Shown here piece by piece: positions 1 to 11,885 of a stretch of 64,000 nt of DNA. Each line of letters begins with the position of its first letter. Within the stretch, counting starts at the first letter, position 1. The DNA is taken from assembly GCA_012026655.1 (NCBI GenBank), contig JAAILG010001457.1:1-64000 (forward strand), written 5' to 3'. The translations under genes were made by a program, and so were the position numbers. Under the pieces are notes generated by a model. That model was not told the origin of the DNA. It saw only the letters and a program-made list of their open reading frames with translations, and made no database searches. The DNA is from Hydrolagus affinis. Taxonomy: Eukaryota.

Positions 1-138
1 TAGGGAGAACAGGTCTATTAGGCTATGGGGAGCGGGCAGGGCAGTGGGATTGAATCGCTCTTTTCAAAGAGCTGGCACAGACTAGATGGGCCGAATGGCC
101 TCCTTTTGTGCCGTAAAATTCTATGAATCTATGAATCT
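1..138 (+). mobile_element. CR1 LINE 3' end
   Basis: GGGCCGAATGGCCTCCT hairpin followed by ATTCTATG-type terminal repeats; same end as at 13750-13859. Confidence 0.85.
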
Positions 139-1029
139 AGGTGTCTAGGTCAACAATATCCCAGATTTTAAAAAAATTGGTATTTTACTCCAACATTGTT
201 TATAGGACATTTTTGAGCACACATCAATGCCACATTCACCTACAAAATACAATCACTTCACTTTCTAATAATGTTTTTAAAGAATTTTTAGACATTTGAC
301 TTGATAATGTTTTTTATCAATAACAAGGATTATTATCATTATACTTGTTTAAATAGAATTTTAGAGAATTTTTAAAACATGTGAAACTGATAAGTGACAC
401 AGGGTTTTTCCAACTACATGTTAATTCCAGCAACTGAGGTGAGAAGTAGAAACTTATTAATAAATAAAATTGTTCCACACTATTTCAGACTTTGCATTGA
501 AATTCTGAATCTGATTCAACAATATTGCCATAAATCTTTTAAATATCTTATCCTTACCTAAATAATGCTCCAATGACTCTGTGATAACCTTTACTTGGTA
601 TGCATGTTTATGCTAAGAACTGACAAGCTCTGTCTCTTGGTACAGTATATATTTGTAGTGGATGTGACTTCTTACGTAATACATTGCGACAGACGGCTAT
701 AGGGTTTATTCTGTCAGGTTTCATCATTTACTTACTATCTTGCTGTGGTTTGGTATCTAACAGTACAACATTATAAATAATGCACAGCAACAATGCAGAG
801 AAGAAAATCTGTATGGCTCTATATGTTGAATGACTGAATATTAACTGTAATAAGAAGGATTAGTTATAAGATATATCAATATTAGGAATAATATTTCCAA
901 TAAAAGTCTTGCTACAAATATATTAAGTTATCAATAAGCGTAGTAGAGAGCATTTATCATATAGTTTCTATTAACTGATGCATAAACTACAATCTGGAGA
1001 AGATTGGGAATAAAGAATTTGCTTAGAAG

Positions 1030-1740
1030 TCTGTTTATAGGTCTCTATTGTAATAACTTGCACTTAAATAGTGTCTCTTATACAGGATGAAAGTCTCAAA
1101 ATATCTAAGAAAGATGATGACACTACAGCATAGAAGAAGGGAGTGAAAATTGAAGTGTTGCGAAAAAATATGTTTAAAGGGATATTTTTTAAAAGGTTTT
1201 AATGGGAAGAAAACAAAGGGATTTGGGGAGAGAATTCCAGAGAATGCTGAAGGCTTAGTTACTATAGGCTGGTGTTAAGTTTACTGTCATGGTGATATAC
1301 TGCTACATATTTTGACTATAATAGATTGTATGATGTCCAAAATCACTCAATCCTTAGAGTCAACAGTCACCAATCATGAGACAAGAGGAGTGAGGAAGAA
1401 TTTGTAGTCCAGACTAAAAAAAAAGCAAAGGGAACTAGCAGCAAAATGAGATAGAGCAAAATTGTAAAGGTAGAGAGGAGCAATATTATAAAAGGTTTTG
1501 AAGATATGAGCAAGGATCTTGATGTCAATCTGATGAGAAATTAAGGCAAACTTATCAAGAAAGTGGAGCAGCAAATTTGGACATAGCAATGTCTCACAAA
1601 CAGCTATGGAGCCCACTTTATCTGAGGGAATGTAGGACTTTGATAAATTCCAAATTTTGTTGTGTAAGAAAATTGTGAAAATACAGATAAGTGAAAGAAA
1701 GTTTTGATTTCCAAGCGTCAATATCAGATATAATGAAGCA
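1030..1740 (-). mobile_element. highly decayed L2 LINE fragment
   Basis: L2-like tail at ~1030-1100; minus ORF contains QIDIKIL...FKTFYNIAPLYL, resembling the L2 ORF2 C-terminal RIxFKIL...AP.YL motif. Confidence 0.5.
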
Positions 1741-2019
1741 TTAATAAAACAGGCAGAAATGTTCATTTTTTACTGTTTGGCTGTTCCATTAACCACATTT
1801 AGCAAATATTATTGCTATCCACTGAATGCATAAATTATGTGATTGAATTTTTAATTATGAATCAAATGGAATTACAAATATTGCATTTTATTCCATCACA
1901 CATCTACATTGTTATTAAACCTAGCGAATGAAGCAGTGTAGGTCAATGTATGCTGTTAACTTTATTGCTGCTTCATTTAGACTGTATACATATCCTTTGA
2001 GAGATTGTAAGATGCAATT

Positions 2020-2390
2020 TTCAACAATTTAAATACACATTTATATGGCACCTTTCACATCACAGGGATGTCCAAGAAGCAATTTATACAGCTGAATGGA
2101 CACTGGAATGGCAAGAGTGTAAGCTGAAGAGTGTGGTGGAGGGGAAGTTAACCAAAAGAGGTCAAAGATGTAAGACTTAAGGCAGGATTTAAAAATGAGA
2201 GAAGAAAGAAATGTCTCCGGGATAAAGCTTCAGACGGTGGAGGCACAATGGTTGAAAGCTGGCTTATTGATGTTGGGTCGAATGAGGTAGGGAACATGAA
2301 GCACTGAGTGAAGGGAGATAGGCAGTGTCAGCTGAGCTTGTGGATGTAATACTAACTGAAGAGATGTTGTGATGGTTCAAAACTTTAAGT
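2020..2390 (-). mobile_element. decayed L2 3' fragment
   Basis: tail motif atttatatggcacctttcacatcacagggatgtccaag resembling other L2 tails in the window. Confidence 0.5.
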
Positions 2391-3489
2391 AAACCAATTG
2401 ATTCAATTATCAATAGAATCCCTTCAAAAACTATTTGTAATTCTACATTTTTATTGTCTGACACAAGTTAAGGAGTTCTAAGCATGCACTAAAAAGAAAA
2501 ACAAGCATTTTAATTGTCTTTAATAACAAAAGTTTATCTTTTTGAATGACCAGATTTGCTTAGTCAGATACGCATAAGAAATAACTAAAAATTATTAAAA
2601 GGTTAATTATGACTATTCTATTATCTTCTGTGAATATTCTGCATTTGGGGAAATTTTTTTTTACAAGCTGAGCATAACAGAAACCACTATTGCATAACAG
2701 TGGATTATATAGAAAATGAACTTATTTAAATGCAGAGAAAATATTAGTAAATTAATAGACACTGAATAAAATTTGGTTTATACTGGGGGTAATATTATTC
2801 ATAGTTTATAACTTGTGTATATAAAATGTAGATGAAATAGCAGTCAATTAACTAAATATTTAATTCTAGTATATTTGATTAAATTTCTTTGGGTTTTCTT
2901 TATTATTTTAAAGATAGTGAATTGAGGATTTAAGTAACAAGGATTAAGTGAAGTGAATCAAATATAGCACTGTAGTGTATGAATTTATAAATCGGCATAT
3001 TTATTTTCTGTTAGTACAAGAATGATAGTGTTATATAGTTAACTACAGTGTATAGTACAGCCATATAAGGAAAGATATTTAAGGTGCTGTTGGTTGAGAA
3101 ATTCTTTTATATGTTTTACTATTGCCCAGTTAAAAAAAGTAATTAAAATGGAAATTTGGTGACCCATAAAAAAGACTGCAGTAAGAATCCATCATAGTCA
3201 TGAAAAGAATTGGATTTGGAGTAAATTAAACTCTGAATGATGCCACATGTATATCGAACAAATTGAGCACCTCAGTATGATTAAACTATTTAAATGTCGA
3301 TGCACTTTTATGCTTTCTCAGTGGCAGTTAATTGAGCATTCCAGTACTTAGAAATGTTAAAGATTTCTATCATAAGTGTTAAAGAATTTTTTTTTCACAT
3401 TCCAGCTTCCACTTTTTTCTTCTCTCCAACTCATTTGACACTTTTTCACTTTTCACTCATGTGCACTGTACAGCACCATTTGCTTCCCA

Positions 3490-3791
3490 TGCCTCGAAAA
3501 ATTCGATATATCGGGAAAAAATTGATATATCACAAGTATCGACATATCGTTTCCGTCGATGTATCGATATATTGGTATATATCAGTAAAATGCGGACTTT
3601 TTCAACTTACCTTGTCGATATCTGAATGCACGCGCACACCGGAATGCGTGTGCGCATGCGCAGGACAAAACCCCCCCCACAATATCGATATATATTAATA
3701 TATCAATATATTGATATATCGATATATCGGTATATCGATATGGGCAAACCGATATATCGATATAGGAAAATTTCCATATCGACAGACCCTA
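3490..3791. mobile_element. non-autonomous DNA transposon (hAT-like MITE), only one terminus recognisable
   Basis: dense ATCGAT/CGATATATCG subterminal repeats on both halves, CpG-rich versus flanks, right end ...ATCGACAGACCCTA (hAT-like TAGGG terminus). Confidence 0.65.
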
Positions 3792-4069
3792 ACTCATTCG
3801 TATGTGAATTTTGACAAATCATTATTGGCAGATATTCAAATTTAGTGCCCTAAAAATCTTAACCTGCAATTTTAAAAAAAGAAGGAACTGAAGGGGATGG
3901 ACTTCTGGTATGGATTATTATCCTTTCTCTAACCAAACATTGGAAGATTTGATTATTGACCATTGTATATATGTAGTTCTAATCTCTTCACTAAGTAGAA
4001 TGTTTTAATTGTGAAGGACAATTTGATTGATTCCATTCATTGACAAGTCTCATTTCCTGATAAATAGTT

Positions 4070-4990
4070 AAATTGACAGCATTAGGACTAAGGAGTAATT
4101 AATCATTTAAATGGTCAAATATTGAGTCATATTCCAATTGAAAAACAAGTCAAAATGTATTGAAAATATCATTGCCTTTATATTTTTATAAACATGATGT
4201 AAAATAGATCACATTTGGAGTTCTATGCATTACTACAGGAAGGATATTTTAAGAATGGAAAAAATACAGCATCAATTTAAATGAATGTTACCAGGATGAG
4301 TGAATACAATTATTAAGAAAGGCTGAACTGGACAGTTTGGAAAGTTTTCCTCTGTAGATGAGATGACTGAGAGGTGTACTGATGCAAGCCCAACATCCAG
4401 AGGATTCAATTCAAGATCCTGGTCTTCACATTCAAAGCCTACCATGGCCTCACCCCACCCTACCTCTGCGACCTTCTAACCCCCTACCAACCTGCCTGCC
4501 CTCTCTGCTCAGCAGGCTCCTGCTTGCTCCACATCCCACAATCCACCCACCCCAACATTCGCGGGTGAGCCTTCAGTCATTCTGCCCCTAACCTTTAAAA
4601 CTCTATCCTGCAGTCCCTCCGCCTTCAAGACCCTCCTCTTCGACGATCCCATTGGTCACTCCAAATCCTCCATTTCCCACTACCCTCCCCATCCCTGACC
4701 CCAGTTCAGGTCTGAAAAGCCTTAGGACATCCTCCTGATGTGAAATTTTAGTCTCCTCTATCAACAACATTTTTGTTGTTGTTGATAGAGGAGACTAAAA
4801 TTATGAAAGGATTTAATAAGATGCATACAAATCTGTTATTCCAACTTGGTGAACTCATTGCTGGAAACTTTGGTTGAAGCAGGAAACATCAATTCATTTA
4901 AGAGAAAACTTGATGCATATATGTGGGAGAAGGGAATAGAGGGAGAAGAGGGAGAGAGGTTAGAATGCTCATGTGGATTATAAACACTGC
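4070..4990 (+). mobile_element. old CR1 3' fragment interrupted by L2
   Basis: CR1 ORF2 C-terminal-like sequence (ctgagaggtgtactgat|agaggagactaaaattatgaaagg) continues across the L2 insert. Confidence 0.65.
4384..4783 (+). mobile_element. L2 LINE 3' fragment
   Basis: cagaggattcaattcaagatcctggtc (QRIQFKILV) motif, pyrimidine-rich 3' UTR, (TTG)n tail; TGAT on both sides. Confidence 0.85.
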
Positions 4991-5121
4991 AGTGAAAATG
5001 CAGTCAATGCTAAAGGTCAAGCTTTTTGACATTACTGATGAAAATTTTGACAGGATGATGGGAAAGAAGGCTACTTCTGGCTAATACTGTGTGATATTTA
5101 TCATTTTGACTATACAAGTAC

Positions 5122-6085
5122 AATTACAACAAAATTTACATTTGTATAGAGCCTTTCAAGTTGGGAGGACAACCCAAGGCACTAGCTAGTCAATGTTTCA
5201 GATACAAGCTGGGGTCAGGATAGGTGAGGGTGGAGGGAAAGGAAGAGGATTTGGCATGACCAATGGGACTGTTGAAGAAGAGGATCCTGAGGTGGGACTT
5301 GAAGGAGGCTGCGGGATGGGGGCAGAGTAGCTGAAGGCTCACCCGCCGATAGTGGGGTGGGTGGGTCGGGGGACATGTAGCAGCCAGGAGCCTACTGAAC
5401 AGAAGCAGCTGCAGGTCGTTAGGGGGTTAGGAAGTTGCACAGGTAGGGTGGAGCGAGGCCATGGAGGGCTTTGAAGGTGAGCACCAGGATCTTGAATTGA
5501 ATCCTCTGGTTGTTGGGGAGCCAGGTGAGAATGGAGATGATGGGGTCACTGACCTTAGAACGGTAGATGACACAAGCTGTAAATTTCTGGATTATCTGCA
5601 GTTCATGGAAGGAGGAATTGAGAAAGTCGACAAGCAGGGCATTGGCGTTGTCGAACCTGGTTGTGATTAAGGCATGAATGAAGGTTTCAGCGGCATGAGG
5701 GGTGAGGTAGTTGTGGAGTTGAGCAATGTTGCGGAGGAGAGGGAAGGTAGAGCGGGTCATGTCTTGGATATGGAAGAGGGAAGATAGTTGAGGATCAAAC
5801 AAGAATCTAGGTTCCTAACTGGCTTGGTGAGGTGGAGTTTGCAACCATGGAGGTTGAGGCTGCCAGTGGTTGAGGTGTGAAGGCGCTGGCATGAGCCATT
5901 CAGGAGGGCCTTGGTCTTGTTGACACTCAACTGTAGAAAGGCAGCTCTCACCCAAGACTTGATGTCTGACAGGCAGTCTGTCAGAACAGTAGTGGTCCTG
6001 AAATTGAGGTGTGGAGTAAGAATATAGAGTTTGGTGTCATCCATATACATGTGGAAGTTAACTCCATGTCTTTGGATGATGTCAC
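5122..6085 (-). mobile_element. 5'-truncated L2 LINE with RT C-terminal part
   Basis: minus ORFs MYMDDTKLY (YADD-like), LIHALITTRFDNANALL-type motif, QRIQFKILVLTFKALHGLAPPYL; CAAGTAC at both ends (5115-5121, 6086-6092). Confidence 0.92.
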
Positions 6086-6593
6086 CAAGTACCCTGATTA
6101 TCTCCTAAACTATATCTTATAATAGATAGAACAATGGTTCTAAACATTACAATAGATTAAATACTGTACAACGTTATTTATTGAAAATGTAGACTATCAA
6201 GGCAGCAATTTTACATTTAGAAAGAAGGAATCATATCTCAAATTCACTAGAATGTTTTGAGAAAGAACAAAGCAATCGCATTATAAAATCACAGATTATA
6301 AAATATTCTCGCATGGCAAGGCATATAAATTTACCGACCTTCAGAGAATGAGCTATCATTTAGCTAAGCTTACAAATTGTGTAGAGAGCTACAAAAAAGA
6401 ATTTTAGCAGGATAGCAGCTCATGCAATAAAATGGTTCAACTGACTGATATGGCACATAAACAGGACATTTAGCCAACTGGTCTTTGCTGAATAGCCTTG
6501 GAAAAATAATGTCCAGGCAAAAAAACTTGTGCCCCTCTACATTGGCTATGCATGTGCTGGACAGTAGTTAGTAGTTGACTTGACTACAAATTA

Positions 6594-6737
6594 AACAACA
6601 ACAAATCATATTTGTATAGTGCCTTTCACATTGGGAGGTTGTCCCAAAGTACTGGACAATCCAGGATCCATACCCGAGCTGGTGGTAAGGATCAGGAGGG
6701 GTGGATGTGTTTGGGATTGGGAGGGGTGGAGGGATCA
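6594..6737 (-). mobile_element. L2 3' tail fragment
   Basis: (AAC)n, stem-loop and 3' UTR similar to 5126-5260. Confidence 0.8.
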
Positions 6738-6745
6738 GTAGAGTA

Positions 6746-7289
6746 CCGTAAATACCCGCGTATAAGGCGCACTCGCGTATAAGGCGCACCCCCAACTTTT
6801 GACCTTTTCTTGGTGAAAAAAACGGAAGCATTTTCGATGATATTGCCGGCAGAAGGGAGGGAGGCAGGAGAGACAGGTAGGGAAGGAGAGAGGCAGGCAG
6901 GCAGGGCAGGCAGGAAGGGAGGGAGGGAGGGAGGCAGGGAGAGAGGGAGGGAGGCAGGCAGGGAGGGAGGGAGGGAGGGAGGAGGGAGGCAGGAGAGGGA
7001 GGGAGGGATGCAGGCGAGGGAGGGAGGCAGACTGGGTTTGGCAGAAAGCAGGCACAGCACTGAAGTCCGCTACTGCTCTCCGGGCGGCCAAGGCCGAAGC
7101 TCTATCACCCGCTCCCCCCAACTGCCACTGGACAGTGTCCAAAGCCCGGCTGACAGCGCGCTGGCCGCCCCTCCTGTTTACTGTATTTCCGAGGCTCAAA
7201 ATTTCTTGTACCTGCGTATAGGGCGCACCCCCAACTTTCGAGATCTTCCGACGTGAAAAAATGTGCGCCTTATACGCGGGTATTTACGG
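6746..7289. mobile_element. Tc1/mariner-superfamily (pogo/Tc2-like) MITE
   Basis: perfect 27-bp TIR CCGTAAATACCCGCGTATAAGGCGCAC, TA at 6744-6745 and 7290-7291, internal repeats of GCGTATARGGCGCAC. Confidence 0.93.
6850..7030. repeat. GGGA/GGCA purine-rich microsatellite inside MITE
   Basis: direct reading; explains the low-complexity Pro/Ser/Leu and Gly/Arg/Glu ORFs. Confidence 0.9.
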
Positions 7290-7734
7290 TACTTGAAATC
7301 TCTTGGATCAATAATTAGTTTTCTGTTATCAATAATATCTATAAGTAACCTAAAGCTTGGTATTGCAAGCAATTTGTATGTAAAAATTATGTAAATCGAA
7401 ACAAGCACATCTTTTTAATACGCCTACCAAAAGGCACAATTTGTAATGGAGACTGTCATTGTTCTAAAGGATTTGTGGTGCGTTAGCATTTAAGGTGAAG
7501 ATTGCCTTATAACATTTGTTGGGGAAAACAGAAAGAATGCTGGATAATCATATGTCGTAGAGTGTGGTCCAGAGAAATATTTGGAGGATGTAACTATTAA
7601 TCATTATAAGCATCCAGAATGTGTGAGATGGTGATCTATAAAACAAACAATTGTTAAGATTTGCAAATAAAAGGACTGCCTGCAAGTCAAGGAAGGTCAC
7701 ATGCAAGTCTTCACTGAAAAGCTAGTTTTGTTGT

Positions 7735-7812
7735 TTTGAAGCGCTTTGAGAGGTTTAGAAGATGTGAAAAGCGCTATATCAAATGGAAAGATTATTTTTA
7801 TTATTATGATTA
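7735..7812 (+). mobile_element. SINE 3' tail
   Basis: agcgcttt...aaagcgctatatcaaatg plus (TTA)n. Confidence 0.75.
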
Positions 7813-8485
7813 TCTTAAACGTTAGGAAAATAAATTGATTGTCTTTTGCATGAATTTACTGTGATTACTTTGCATTGTGATATAATGCCAAAGTACTACT
7901 ATACACATTTTAATTGTATTTTTCAAGTTATTTTAAATACATTTAAATATGCTCAGATCTGCTGAATGAATGTTTAAATGGTGTATTTTCCAGTTTCTTT
8001 ATCACAGAAACACTGAAGGAGCAATTTAAAAAATGGCAATAATGTCTACATGTGCTAAGTTGTTTTCAAATATATGTTTGTGTGTATTATTGGCAATGTG
8101 TAATTCAGTATAATCAACAAATAGATAAGCTTGTATTCTTCAGATTGCACCTGACTTTCCACTTTCACTCTACCTATGTTTACCTCCCCTTTCTCTCCAG
8201 CTCAGCATCAATGGGGTGTACGCTATGTGAAGGGTAGCATATAAATTCAAACTCTTCATGTTTTGATTCAGGCCTGTAGAAACAGTAATAACATGGCATC
8301 ATGGGAAAGATCACCATTAGCGAAGTCTACAATCCAATAGTGTACACCCAGTGTCATAAACTATTTGGAAACAGAAAGGAAGCTTTACTTAGTTTTTCTT
8401 AATACATTTCTATCCATCTTTTTCAAACATAAGGATATTTTATTGATTTAGTTATATTTCTAGATTTTAGTGCCTTTACCTTTGA

Positions 8486-8748
8486 TAATAATAAACCTTG
8501 CATTTGATATAGTGCTTTTCACATCTTCTAGATGTCTCAAAGCACTTCACACTATATATTGTAAAATGAATCTTGTGGGTGAAATACGTCAGCCAATTGC
8601 GCACAGCAGTGTCCCACAAACAGCATGGATTGAAATGATCAATTTATTACCGTTTTTTTTCAAGGGATTATTATCAGGCTTGTGGAATAAGGAAGATTGC
8701 CAAAGGTTTCTCCCTCTCTGGAATCAAACCCAGGGACCCTCGCTTGCA
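8486..8748 (-). mobile_element. tRNA-derived SINE with L2-type tail
   Basis: matches the full-length copy at 59419-59740. Confidence 0.85.
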
Positions 8749-10269
8749 CTGAGTTCAGAGATGGTCATAGAGATGTAAAGTTAAATCAGTTGGTAAAGTT
8801 ATATAAGTTTTATCATTCCTTGGACACTGTTTAGTCATGGGATATGAGTTTTAAACTACCTTACACATTGTAAAAGTGGAGGATGGTAGTTGAATTTGTA
8901 GCCTATTATAGTGCATCAACAGTGCACTTTCTTCGGGTTTAACCATAATACGTATTAATTCCATATAGTCACCATTTCAGGACTTGTTAAAGCACACTGA
9001 AAGTACCATCAAGATCAAGGTAAGATCAAGTACAGCACAAAGAAAACACATTGTGGACACAGAGACGGAACAAGAGCATAATGTTTAAGAACCCAAGGGA
9101 ATGGATTGATAGTTAAAAGATGATAATTGAGTATTAATAAATATTAGTTGTCAGATAACTAGCTCACCTCATCAAAGCAAAGCTGGTATGTTTTCTTCCA
9201 CTCTCTCTCTGTCACTTCAACTAAAAGCCATGAGTCTAAAAATGAACGATGATCTGTCACTCTTTGCCATGGGTTAAGGAAATGTCAGTGTCCACTGACA
9301 CTTTTCCTCTGGATAAATTGATTAATAATACACTCTCTTCTGTCTGACATTATTCAAGGAGGATACTCATATTTTCTCCTGATGATGTGTATTATTACCT
9401 CAATAGTATATATTCAATTTATAGAGACAATGCAGACACACCACAAAATTACCCTCATACTTATCTGCCAATCTTTCTCGAAAGGGCCATAATAGCAGGA
9501 CAGAAAATTAATGTCAGCTTGGTCCAATAAAGGGGCATACATTTGAGGCTAGGGATGATACACATTGTCAGAGCAATATAACAAATTCCCGCATTGTATT
9601 TGTAGTTGTCATACCTGTCACAAAAGTGCTTGTTGCTGTTCATTAGGTGTACAGTGAAAAATAAAGTTCCAATTCTCAACATTGTCAAATTCTGCTTGAT
9701 GGACACATGTGATTACAAAAGAAAGTGGTTCCATTTAAAAGAAAAGTTGTTTTGGGTCAATTGATGCAGTGGACATTGTGTTTTGACATAACTGTAATAT
9801 TGTTGTTACAAATAAATCTGTTATAATTAGAAACTTCATCCTTAAAAAAGCTTAAATTATATTGTGATACAAGCAATGGATATTGTACATTATTCATTCA
9901 CCATGTGTCAGCACACCACCAAATTAGTATATTACTTTAATAAGGGCAAAGTACAATATTAGGAAATAAAGCAGAATTCTGTGGGATATTTTCCATTTGG
10001 CTTGACAAATCCTTTTGTTTTGGGTTTTTAAGAGCTGAGGTTTACTTCAGCAGAACCAGATGGCTGTTAAGCACAAGGAGTTAAGCAACTATCATCAAAC
10101 AATTATACATTGTACCTACCCACTGTAAACACTTATTTGTAATAGATTAATATACATTAAATTTTTCCAAGTTGAATTTGATTGTGTTAACTGCTCTGAA
10201 AACTTTCAGAATCGAATGGTCATTCAAGTATGTGTCTCTAAAACAGAAACAGTATTTTATACACAACTG

Positions 10270-10560
10270 CACACGTTGCCTTCGTTCTGCAGGGTCTGGC
10301 CTCCTCCTTGTCCCCCGAATCCTCCACTCCACCATCGGCGGCTGTGTCTTCAGCCACTACACCCTGAGGCTCTGTAACTACCTCCCTTCACCTCCCCACT
10401 CTCTTCCTACTTTCAGATCTCGGCTGAAGACCTTTCTTTTCTACCGTTCTTTCGGTCATCTTTCTCCCACGCCCCTTGGCTCGGCCCCGGGATCCGTTAT
10501 TGTGAAGTGCTCTGAGATGCCGTCCAGCATGTAGAGTGCTTTATAAATCCAAGTTGTTAT
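10270..10560 (+). mobile_element. L2 3' fragment (tail type B)
   Basis: LRSAGSGLLLVPRI...GG..FSHY ORF2 end; tail gtgaagtgctctgagatgccgtccagcatg. Confidence 0.85.
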
Positions 10561-10989
10561 ATCTTTTTAACAGATTTATTTAATATAATATCACCATATA
10601 CAAAATGAACTTTCACGTATTTCATGATGAGCTGTATTGTCCACCACAAAGCTATCCACCCAGTAAGGGCTCAAATAACAATAACAACAACAATATCTAT
10701 TATGTAATGCCCCTTACACAGGAAGCGTCCAAGAGCGCTATATAGGGGGTGCTGTATAAATGAAAGGGTTCAAACACAGATTTGGAAGGGCAAATATTCT
10801 CTACTCAGCTCCCAACCCTGCAAGCCAAAGTCGCAATGTTTTGGTTGTAGAGCTAGAAAATCAAAAAGAAAACTTGCCAGGCAGTGCTCTTCATGGTACA
10901 CTAGGTGGTTTTAACTGGTCAGACTCCAGCAGTACCCCAACCCAATGGAGTCTCAGGTCCTAAACCTTTGGCTCTTGCCAAACTGTGTA

Positions 10990-11435
10990 TCAGCCTCGTG
11001 TAGTAGTAACCCTCTCATCTCTGATACAGAAGGTTGTGGGTTCAAGCCCCATATCAGGACATAGAATCACATAGTCTAAAATGACATTTGAATGCCTTGA
11101 TGAAGTTGTGTTGCATTGTCAGAGATATCGTCCTTTGGATGAGATGTTAAATCGAGTTGAAATCTACCTGTTCTTGTGCACAATAAAAATACTATGGCAC
11201 TATTTGAAAACAGAAGAAAGTTTGTCTCAGTTTTCTGGCCAACAATCCTTCAAATAAAAATGAGTCACTCACTCCATGGTTGTTTATGGGACATTGCTGT
11301 GCACCATTTGCTGCTGTGTTTTGCCCACAAAATACGGAGTCCATCCACTTTACAGTATATCCTGTAAAGTGCTTTATGACATCTCAATGTTGTGGTAAGG
11401 CACTATATCAAAAGTATAGATTATTGTTGTTATTA
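10990..11435 (+). mobile_element. Deu-domain SINE
   Basis: B-box-like ggttcaagccc; Deu core gtcctttggatgagatgttaaa...atggcactatttgaa; SINE tail. Confidence 0.75.
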
Positions 11436-11439
11436 ATCA

Positions 11440-11885
11440 CTCTCTTCCTCAATCGCTCTTGTTACCCATCTTCAGATCTCAGCTGAAGACCTTCCTGTTT
11501 GACCTTGCTGATGGTCACCTCGTCCCTCCCCTGGCATGGCGTCAAGCTCCTTCTCCTTCACAGCACCCTGAGACGTTATCGCATATGAAGGGCGTTATAT
11601 AAATACAAGTTTTTGGTGTTGTTGAAGCCTGTTTAATAACCACACCTGATCTACTCAATACATTTCAGACATTCTGACTCCATTCTCTGGAACTACATAC
11701 CCACATTTAAATTTCACCTCAAATGCATCTCTTTGACAATACTTTCAGTTATCTTTCACCCCCCCCAATCCTCTTCAGCTTCCTCTCCTCACCAGCCTGC
11801 CCTGCCCACCCCAGCTCGGGTTCCCAGCCAACTGTGCTGAGCACTTTGAAATATCCTCACAATGTGAAAGGTATTATATAGAGTA
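11440..11885 (+). mobile_element. two adjacent L2 3' fragments
   Basis: two L2-type tails ending at ~11622 and ~11885. Confidence 0.65.

Noticed and set aside
6692-7256. Overlapping 122-154 aa ORFs
   Set aside because: Translations of the GGGA/GGCA microsatellite inside a MITE
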